In this document: positions 48,150-58,278 of the stretch, in pieces | Numbering within the stretch: the first letter of the stretch is position 1 | How the letters are laid out: each line of letters begins with the position of its first letter | NCBI GenBank assembly: GCA_905178155.1 | Contig: CAJINV010000005.1 | Span: 3,469,902-3,533,901, forward strand | Length of the DNA: 64,000 nt | Reading direction: 5' to 3' | Origin: Amoebophrya sp. A120 | Lineage: Eukaryota; Protista; Dinoflagellata | Translations under genes and position numbers: made by a program | The notes under the pieces: model-generated | Told to the model about the DNA's origin: nothing | What the model saw: the letters and a program-made list of their open reading frames with translations, nothing else | Database searches by the model: none

Positions 48150-50260
48150 GCGACGGGCAGCCCACCTACAACCCGGCGCGCTGCGTGCAGATTGCTTGGG
48201 TTGGTCCTTCCAAGGCACACGCATGGCCCGCTTGCCGCTGCGACATCATAGCCAACCAGGCCACACTCACACGAGACGAGGCAAAGGCGCGCGCGCTCAC
48301 CTGCAAGCCGCCGCCCGGGCGAGCCAGAGTGTGCGGCCACCCGGCGGCCGGCCACTGCAAGACCCGGCGCCCTCTTGCGCTTGGCTGAGCCGGGGTAAGC
48401 AAGTAAACAACCAAAGCGGGGGCCGGCCGACGCAAAACGAGGGAGAGGACTGCCACAAACCTGGCGGCCCCACTCCCACAAAGAAATTGGTGAGAGAGCT
48501 GGCCCGCCAGCAGGCCCGCCCCAAGCAGGGGCCGGCAAACATAGACGCCGCACAATGGTCCATCGAGCAATGCCCGGCGGCCGGGGCGCCACCGACCTCA
48601 AGCAATTGGGCGGCGCGCGGGGCGCCCCGCCCGGAGATGACGGCGCCCGGGCCCTGCCTCGCAGATTGGGAAAGCTAGCGAGCAGGCGCGCGCGCAGGAT
48701 GGAAAACAATCAAGGGAGGGCGGCCGGGAGGCGGCAGCAGCCTTGCCCCTGCCCTGTACGGGCGGCAGCAGGCGGGACCGCAGCAGGCGGGCGCCCCCCA
48801 CGCAAACTAACCGCCCGAGCCCCGCGGCCCTCTCGGGGAGTTCGCGCCCCTTCTTCGTGCGGTGCGTAAGCCCAGCGCGGCCGGCGCCGGCGGGCGCCGC
48901 GCGGGGGGGCAGGGCCAGGGGCCGCCCCTGCGAGTTTGTCTCAATCCTAGAAAACGGGCCGGCCCGGGCCGCCGGGCGCTGGCTTTACGCCAATGACAAA
49001 GAAAAAACAATGGGCCGGGCCCGCTTCGGGTGCCGCCGTGCGTCTGGAATCATCCGAAACACCTCCGAACCCCCATCATATTCCGGGCTTTTCGGGCCGT
49101 GAATGTGGGACACGAGATCTCGGAGCCCGCGGCAGGGGCCCCCCCAAACGCTGGCTGGCGAAGGCGCGGGGGCCATTGAACAACCCGCCGGCGCGCCCCC
49201 CTGGGCAAAATAGACCGGCGGCCGCCTGGTTCGTTCCGGTTGCTTTTCGCTCTTACTCGCAGCACAGCCCCCACACGATGTGACTACTTGCATGGAGCGC
49301 CAAGCGTCGGCCGGCCATGCTGCCAGCCAAGCCCCCCCTTCCTATGCCTCCGTCCGGCCCAGCCCTCTGTCAGTCACGGCCCCCGGGGAATTCTACCTGC
49401 ATCACAGTGCTACACTGTGAATCGTCTTCCACCGGGGCCATGAGGCCCCGCAGCCCCGTGGCGGTCTCCCGCGCCAGTCGCTGCCGCTGGTGCTCCTCAC
49501 ACAAGTCGCCGGAATAGTGCGAAGCGCTCGCGCCATGGTTCCCGCGAGCTCGTCAGCGGCGGGGGCCATTTTCCGGGCAATTGCTTCGGCGGGCATGCAA
49601 ATGCGCCCGGCGGCCCTTCAGGTGCTCGCGGGGCCCGGCCGTGGGTGCGGGGTGGGCTTGCGCCGATTCTTTACCGGGGAAGCGGTGGCGATTTTGCCGC
49701 GCGCCGGGGTGTAGTGGGCCCGACGCGACGCAGGGCTTTGGCACAGCCCTTTTCCCACAATCGCGACCGCGCGCGCCGCTTCTTTCGGCGCGAGCGCTTC
49801 AACGCCTCCCGCCAAAGTAAAAAAAGGCCCGGCCGGCGCCCATGCATAGGTAGACAACGCAAGGGCGGCGGCTGGCAAGCGCCTGGGCGGCCTGCAACTG
49901 GGGCAGGCACGCACGGGGTCGCTTTCGTCCCAAGGCGCTCGGGATGCCTCTCCGACAGACTGGGAGCTCCTCTGTGGAGGCGGCGGCGGCCTCGTCGCGG
50001 GCCTCGGTGGCCATGCGCTTCACGGCGACGCACTGGCCCAAGTTCTCTTCGGGGCTTCTGCGCAGCGAGTTTGTAGCCCCCCAACTTCCGGAGGTTCGGA
50101 ATCCACTCAGAGGAGACAAAAACGAGCCAGGCCCCCACCGGGCCGCTGAGAGTTGGCGCGGCGATCTAATCGGAACGCGAACAATCTCGGGCCGCCGCGG
50201 GCGCAGGCAATCTATCATGGGCCGCCCTGCTCACAAGCATCGACGAAATCCGTGCTGACG
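48150..50260 (-). mobile_element. GC-rich relic of a LINE ORF2 (AP endonuclease plus reverse transcriptase)
   Basis: 75% GC in 48841-48960 by manual count. Minus-strand order: DFVDACEQ, FRLDRRANSQRPGGGL/LVFVS (endonuclease R.DR...GGGV), GAPAGCSMAP (G.PQG..SP), RFLGL....W (KYLG). Many frameshifts. Confidence 0.62.
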
Positions 50261-51268
50261 CGCGACTTGCTAGGCCTCTCGCTCACAAAAAAAACCTCGC
50301 CTCCGAGGTTTAGATTTAGAACACCAACCATTGATGTGGTTCTCAGGAAGATGGCGACCACACGAAGCCTGGAGCGCGTGTCTGATGCTTGAACTGCTCA
50401 AATCGCAGATCCACAGCGGTCTACTGTTAAAGGTGGAGATCAATATGGGAATTCATTGCTGCATCGACCACTGCTGTAAAAAATAGAACCAGCACTGACA
50501 ACTAATTTTAGACATGCTCATGCTATTGGAGGCAGAGTCGCAGTACTTTTTGAGAGAAAGAACGAAGCCTGTGAGGCGCAGGTTAAAAAAGCAAAATTGT
50601 CCGCCAGTCTATCATCAGCTGCCGTTCCGCCAGATCTCTTTAATGAACGACGGCACTACGCTCCTCTTCCTGCTGCGCCGAGGACAAATTTTCAATGATT
50701 GCGAGTATCTATGTATACACAGCCCCAGAGCCAGCCAACGCGTTGCATTGTCGACTCTAAACGAAGCGCACTTTATTCCTCCAGCAAAACGATGGTGTGA
50801 GTCGCCGAAACTGCAGCAATGCCATCTTCAACATGCCATCTTCAACTCCAACATCGTGGTGGAGTCATAGTCGCTCGAACTACGTCGTGGCTGCTCCCCT
50901 TGAAAGCCGTTCGGAGCCCCAAGTTGAATAGGCAATGGAAAGCGCGGCGTGGTGTCTTTGACGGTCGTCATCCGCCGACACGAAGACTTTTTGAGGTCGG
51001 CGTCAGGTTCTTGCAGAGTCTCGAAACTGCCGGCTCTCCCTTTCGTGTATACCTGCAATTCTGCTCGCTCGTTTCAACGAGGAGCTGCAAGCCAGTTGTA
51101 GTCCCAGTCCGCACGACAACCGTCCACAATCCTAATGTCCGGCCTTCGGTCTCGGTGCAAATGCTGTACCCAGCTGCACCGCGATCACGCTCCAAGCGGC
51201 ATCCTATAAGAAGATCGCTTCTCAAGTCTCCAGTCCCGCTGCGAAGAGACGAACAAACTGATATCATC

Positions 51269-52229
51269 TCACTCCACCTTCTTCGCCCTACTGTTCGCCG
51301 TTAGCCTGTGCAGTTCCTGAATCGGCCCGTGGATCTCCGCGTCATCTGCTGACCAGGTTTTTGTTCTCGACGACTTCCGCCGCAGATCCGGCACGGGTTT
51401 CGCCTTCATCGTGGAATCTGGATGCACCAGCTCTTGTCGATCAGCAAGCTGTAGTGCAGCGGCGTTTCCGACACCAACGTCTGCAGAAGTTGAATTCATT
51501 GCTATTTTCTCAGCAGATAATTCCTCTACTTCCTCATCCTCATCCTTCGCGTTGATGTAATCAATTATCACGTTCCACGCTAAACACCCGCAGTTGACAA
51601 ACAGCACCCGGTAGTGCGGGGGGACGAAGGCAAAATTGACAAACTGAAACGGAACCCACATGGTGCAGCAGGCGAGCCAGCTGGGCAGGAAGGACTTCTC
51701 CATCTCCTGCCTGATCTCCGGCAGTTGTTGTCCCTGCATCGCGCCCAACGTCAGGTAAAAGCAGGGCAGGTAGGCCAGGGGAACGTGAACAAAATTGTCG
51801 AAAATGGCGGAGACCATGCCGAACTTGAGCGGGGAAAAGTGACCCCAGACGCGGGCGTAGCTGTTTTGATTATCACGGTTGGTAGGCTGTCAGCGCGGCT
51901 GCAGATATGATCTAAATCTGTATGAGTAAAGAAACAAAGCACGAAGTGCAACTAGATCACGAGCAACACAACAATGAAAGCTGCTACCAACAATTACAAC
52001 TAATAGAATACACTCCGTATATGAAGGTGTCCACTCCGCCCTGGTACCAACCGCAAAATGTTGTGAACGCGAGATTTCTGCCTGGGTCAAGTGTCTCCCG
52101 TTTTTCCACGACAAACTGGCAGACGACATCACCAACGAAGCCCAACGTTGCGCCGGCAAGGGTGTTGGTCAAGTAGGGTCGCTTTTCGAGGAGTTTTCCG
52201 TAGCTCTCGAGCAAGCGACGGTAGAGCAT
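51269..52229 (-). CDS. Mpv17/PMP22 family membrane protein
   Basis: YGKLLEKRPYLTNTLAGATLGFVGDVVCQ, DPGRNLAF, FDNFV, WVPFQFVNFAFVPPHYRVLFVN. GT-AG intron at 51861-52011. A further phase-0 intron (51053-51277) could extend the CDS to 50828. Confidence 0.92.
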
Positions 52230-52978
52230 TTTGCGACTAGCACAGCTGCGGGCATGGGGATGAGGAGATGGCGACGTCGATCATAAATTCGTAAATTCTT
52301 GTTTTCAGCTCAAGCTGCTTATTTGATATTTTACACGGTGTTCTCCTATCATGTTGTAACGACGCTTTCGACCATCATTTCGATGGATGAAATAGATTGG
52401 AGTGTGATTATCAGATCTGCTTCTTCGAACAAACTAGTATGCCTTCGTCTCCAATGTGAAAAGACCATCATGAACACCAAAACAGCAGGCGGAGCCAGGA
52501 CGTTTTTAAGTACCTCGTTACTGATGTGGTGCCGTTTTTAAGTACCTCGTTAATCAGTCCAACTACTACAATCTTAGAGGTCAGTACTTGTCGGCCTTTC
52601 TCCGGTTTTGCTTGTGCTTGTCAACAAACTTCAGAAGTTTTTGCATTTCAAAAGAGGGTGCGTTTTAGCAAATCTTGAATTGAAGCAGAAAATTTTAGGA
52701 AAAAAAGCTCGCGCATGCTGAAGTAGGACGAGTGTAGAGTAGTTTACAGTAGAGACAGCACAAGCTCAATTCAGAAGATTCGTGTGAGTTCAGTATAATA
52801 GCATTCATTTCATCAAGTCCTCGTCCTTTTCTTGACACGGTGGAACAAGTGGATAGATAAGGATAAGCACTAGTGTAATATATCGAAAGCTGCAGCACGC
52901 AAGACAATCGTAAGTCTGCCAAAGAATTGACATCATTGCGATACACCAGCCCAACAACAACAATGTTGTCCTGCGTTC

Positions 52979-55900
52979 TCAATACTTGAAGTAATCCCGA
53001 TCGTTTTCGAAGATGCTCTTTCCTCCCGCCGGGGGTCCCTCGCGGAACTTGTGCGCAAAGGGCACGCCCATCTTCTTCAAGATAAACTCATCCCGTTGCA
53101 TGTTCGGTTCGATCACACTCTTGTCCTTCAAAGACAGCATCAGCCGATCCAAGTTCTGGAAAAACGCGAGGATCAGGGAAAGACTGTCTTTTAACAAATC
53201 CATGTCCGCGTCGTCCGCAACTTTCACCCGCAAAAATTTCCGCACCGCCAAGGCCTGTCTGACCATCTGCTTCCGTTGCTCCATCGGGATGTTCAAGGCG
53301 TCGAGTTCCGGCGAACCCAGGTCGGACTTCACGTTCGCCTGGTTTTTCGCGTCGGTGTCTTTGTTGAAGGGGAGCAGCATGCGCGAGAGCTTGCCCTTCA
53401 TGATGCCCGACTGTTTCGCGATTTTTTCCACGTTCTGGACCCAATCCAACCCCTGTTCTGCCTGCTGGAGAGTGGAATCGATTCGATCCTTGCTGTTCAC
53501 TGCGTTAATCCCCTCGGTCAGGAGAATCTGCACTTGGCCCCACTGACTGTCGAGGGCGGGTGGAATCAGGGAAGAGGTCGCCGGGGGGTCTGGATAGAAT
53601 GGTTGATGTCACATTGATGTAGTCGAAATGAAATTCAAATTATTTTGAGTACGACCAGCGCCGGTGATTGAATGATGTGAAATACGATGAATCGACGATG
53701 AATCGGCAATCAAAAGTGCAGCTACGCGTGACGTCCGCAAAGAACCGAGATGCGCAATGTTTCTGCGTGCAGCATCCACAAGCTGCCCTCAACCACACAG
53801 TTTAGTGCACATTCATCACACACTACTTTAGCAGCCAAACAATAACAAAGAAAAAAAAATGTTTGTAACTCATTATACCCGCAGCCTCTGCCGTACTGAC
53901 GCTGGTTTCCTGCTTGTTTCGAGCTGCTGATTTTCCTTTTCCTTTCCCTTTTGCAGTTCTCGCCGCTACGCCAGCGCCTTCACCTTCCTCTGCTCCACCT
54001 CCCGCAGCCGGTCCACCACCGCTACCACCACCAACAGCGCCCGGCTTTTCTTTGACTTCGATTCTTCTCCCCAGCTTGTCCACGATGTACTTCTTCTTCT
54101 GCAGGCTCCGTGCCGCCGGCCGGTGCTTGATGTCAGCGCACCGCGGGATGTGCCTGGCGGCCGCTTCCTTGTTAAAATTTCGGTTGCAGTGGGGGCACGC
54201 AATCCGCGTTTCTTCGCGGGTTGGGATCAAAAGTCCGGTGTTTGGGTCGATTTGAAACTGCTCGTCGTCGGGATTCGCGGGCATGGCGAGAAGATTCGGG
54301 TGGTTGGCTGTCGCAAAATCGGCCGCGGGGGTAGGTAGATGTTCCGACGAAGGTTCTAGTGGTGGCTCGACTGGTGCTCCGATTGTGGTATTGGTGCCCA
54401 TCGGGATCGCGGCGATCGTCGAACCCGAGGCGGCAAATGGAGGTAGGAGTGTCTGAATATGAAGAAAAAGTGCTGTTCATTCAAAGAAGATGCTTTCTTT
54501 CCTTGTCAATGCCAACCCAACATGCGTCAAATAAATGAATTGCAGCTTCTTATTTAAAGCTCGCCATCCCCCCCCTGAATAATCTTACGCACGATGGTAT
54601 GGCGCAGTCATCAAAAGTGAACTCACTTCAAAAGACTTGGTGCTCTATTACCTGATTCTCCGCGCCACCCCCTCCTGCGTTCGTGATCGGCGAGCCGAGC
54701 TGCACGCTCCCGGTGTCGCCACTGATCCTCCTTCCAGTGTCGCCGCTGATTCGCGGGCCGCCGGCTGTCGTGACTATTGAGCTGTTTTTGATCGTCAACT
54801 GTTGCAATGGGGCCGGAGCACCAGAAGCGGGGACTCGTTCATCTGTGGTTGCCGTGTCTTCTGGGGAAGGATCACCTACGAAGTCCAACGCCACCGCGTC
54901 ACCGCTGTGCGGAAGGAGCTTTTCGGCTCTTCTTGTTTCCTCCCCTTCCTGTTGCGCTTGCGTCTTACCACGTGCGGCTGCACCAGTTGCCTGCCCCTCA
55001 TCCGCCGACGACGACGAACTTGATGCTAAGGCACTGGAGGATGTCGGTGCTTCGGTTTCATCTTGATGCACATCCTCGGGGTCGAACAAAGTGCCACCTG
55101 GCGGAGGACCAACCCCCACGGCAGCAGTGCTCGGTTTAATATTGTTCCCCTTCGTAGACCCACCTCCAAACGCTTTGTTCCGCAGGCTGCTTGTCCGCTG
55201 CAGATGGATCGGGGTAGAGCCGGAGACTGTGCAAGACACCAACTCTTCGAGGTCATTGTTGTCTAATTCACCACCATTTCGAAGAGTTCCCCCGTCGGCA
55301 ACGTAGTTCATGGTGAGCAGAGAACCCGTCTTCTCGTCCTCCACACTCGGCCTCGCGGTTCCTTTTGACGTCCCCATCCGATCCTCCAACACAAGGGACG
55401 GATCGACCTCCTCGAAATAATCCTCTTCGTTCGACAGCACACCAGCTGCTGTTCCGGGTTTATTCTGGAAATCTCTCGCGTTCAGCGGGCGAGTCTTCCG
55501 CGCCCAAGGATTCTTGATCGGCGCCTGCGATGCAGAACATGCAGCTTGTGGCCCTTCTGCATCCACTTTATTCGCAGCTGCAGCAGCTGCTCCGGCTTGT
55601 TGCTTTTCACTGACAGGAACACTTGGACGAACAAGAGAGCCACGTTGCTGCGACACAACACGTCCTTCCGACTCTCCACCCGGGGGCACGATTTCTGTAG
55701 GCGACGACGCGACGGAGGAAGAATTGTTGCTCGGCCTGCCTGGGGCAGCTGCTGCTGTTTTCGAACTTCTAGACCGCACTTTCGCTTTGACATCCCGGAG
55801 ATTGGCCGCGATCATTTCTTTCTTGTCTTTAGACATGCCCCTTGTTTCCTGTACTGATGGTTCCGCTTGTTTCGCATTCGCGCCGGTCATTCTACTTCTC

Positions 55901-57371
55901 GCGGGCATCGTGGTGGCGGGCGCATCACCAGCCGCAGTATTCCTGCTGGTTCGCGGTGTTTTGCTTCTACTTCTCACGTCACTGCTTCTACCTCCTGCAG
56001 TTGCTCCTGTCGCGCCACTGTTTCGACCTACTGCCGCCGCTCCGGACGAGGATGAGGAGGAAGAGGAGGATGATCCACTTCTTTGCGGCGGCGGGGGCTG
56101 CTGTTGGACCGCATGTAGTTGACCATGAGCTCCTCCAGCGCCGGGTGCTGCAGCAGCGGTTCCACCCACCGCCCCTCCGGTCATCCCCGAATCTACACGG
56201 CTTTTCACATGCCTGTAGTGACCACTCGACGCCCCGCCCCCGCCGCCGCAGCTGACCGACCGGGCCCTTGTGTGAAACTGCTGGTGGTTCAGCGCGTTTT
56301 GGATCCGGGCGAGGGACGGCTTGTTGTTTTCCTTGTTGGAGATGCTGGTCGCGGTAATTTTACCAGGAGTAGGGTCGCAGCTAGTGCCGCTTATTTCTCC
56401 GACCGGTGTTGATGTTGTGCTGGCAGGTCCTGCAGCTACTGACGCCAACTCCCCCGGCTTCACGTTCTTCAGTGTTTGCTGGCTCTCGGGCAAGGAAAGG
56501 ACAGCCTCCTCGGCTCCTGCCGGATCCGTATGCACTGCAAAAGTATCGCACTCGTACGAAAAGTAAATCTATATGCGTCGCAATTATGCATCACAAATCT
56601 GGCCGCCGCGTTCTGCATGAATATAAACGACATACTTCAATTTTGTTCTTGAGAAGGTTTGTCATGCGATTTGTACGTAGTACAACACTCTTGCATTGCA
56701 TACTCCGGTTGCAATAAAGATGTTTCTCCACCCGCCTGCTCACCACGCGCCACCATTCCGGAACCAGGGGCCCACGTGGCGCGCTGCGCCGGAAGGTTGT
56801 GCTCAGCATCGGACGCTTGCTGAGGTTGGACCTATTTTTTCATGGTTTCAGAACGAGACTAGATCAGTTTGAAATAAAATCGACTGTGCACCATCCGAAG
56901 TTCGAGTTCTAATGTTGCTAATGGTTGCCGTGCAGTATAGGTCCTGAAGAGATGAACTTCTTTAGCATGAGTTGGGTTGCATTCCATTAGATCCAAAATT
57001 TTGGTTTTCACCCACCATGCACGTACCTTCCTGAGCTGGGGATGCTTCCGTTTCAACAAAGCCAGCCGGCTGGTTGTCGGTGTCTTGCTCACTGGTAATA
57101 TTTCGACCGGTCTTGGTGGTGCGGTAGGAGCTTCGGGTGGCGACGTGGCAGTTGTGCCAACTACGGGAGCAGCTGGTGCCCCAGGAACTACAGTGTCCTG
57201 CTCTTGATGTAGTTGCGATATTAAGAAAGCCGCTCCAGCATCATCTCCTTCTCCGGCCGGTGGTCTGCTGCTGGCATTGTTCGCGTTCCAGTGAACCAGA
57301 ACTGGACCTGCGTCGAGAAGCGGCGCTGGGTGGTGGTCCATCCCGGCCACAACCGCGTCCACGATTTCCAT
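52979..57371 (-). CDS. Zinc finger C2HC (zf-C2HC_2, ZC2HC1/FAM164-like motif) protein, ~1176 aa, 5 exons
   Basis: Exons 57371-57027, 56831-56703, 56523-54652, 54452-53879, 53589-52979 join in frame (3531 nt). RIACPHCNRNFNKEAAARHIPRC. Confidence 0.82.
56529..56702. mobile_element. Introner E9 (TIR family A), 174 bp
   Basis: TATGCACTGCAAAAGT...ACTCTTGCATTGCATA; direct repeat ATCCG/CTCCG (4/5 match). Removal gives LLQP(D/E)PAGA. Confidence 0.88.
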
Positions 57372-58278
57372 GCAATGATCCTCGATGAGCAAGCAGCTTT
57401 CTCGTACTACTAGCTACTTCTCCTACAAGTTTCTAGTGCAATTTTGGTGTTCGTGTTTCTCTTCTTTCGATGATAAAAATATGCAAATCTGCGAATTCTC
57501 AGATGGATGGGCAACACGTACAGGCACACGGTAAACTTTGAAGATTCAACATGATTCTATCACAGTGCTCACTCTTTTCACTCTCTTCCGTGTGAGTGCC
57601 ACACCACACACACCCGTGGTCCTTTGATGGAGAAACTCAATCGCTCGAACACCCGAAACGCTTCTACTCCTCATGGTGCATCTCGAATACCTCTCGATTC
57701 TGAAAGAATTTCTCGATGAAAACGAACAGAAGACGTAAGACAAGCCACGTGCTGGTGTCAACTACGTGAGGATGCCAGCACCCTCGCGCCTAACTCGACC
57801 AGGAACGATTCAAATTGGTCGTGTATGTACTGGTACTGGCAACATGTGCATCAACAAAAGTAGTTTACAAGGTCGTCTTTTGCTTTATGCTTGTTTTCTT
57901 GCTCTCCAAGCTTTTTCATCATGAAAAACAATGTTATGGTCTACAGGCAGAAAAGACACGGCGGAAATAAAACCCCAGAAATGTGTTGTAGTTTCATCAA
58001 CATGATTGGAGAGGCTTTTCTTGAGTTTTCCTACTACTTATGCTTCCAGTTGTTGTGGTGCAGAAGATCTACTAGTACTGTGGAAGATCATACAGTGTCG
58101 TAGTCGCTCACGATTGACTGAAACTTCTCATGCGTGGTGTTATTTGTTTGCGGGTTGGGATTGTGAAAAAGGAATTGGAGACATAATCATAAACAGAAAC
58201 TGCATGCATATGCTTATCTAAAAAAATCCACGTAACTCTAAAGGATGTGAAAACGAAGCAGTCCTATTCGATATCGAC

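Noticed and set aside
34730-50258. Many overlapping 100-355 aa ORFs in the GC-rich islands as real genes
   Set aside because: They are open in most frames on both strands because stops are rare at ~75-80% GC; composition is G/A/R/P-biased and motifs are frameshifted.
52300-52315. Relic dinoflagellate spliced leader (TTTTCAGCTCAAG)
   Set aside because: Short imperfect match on the strand opposite to the adjacent gene.
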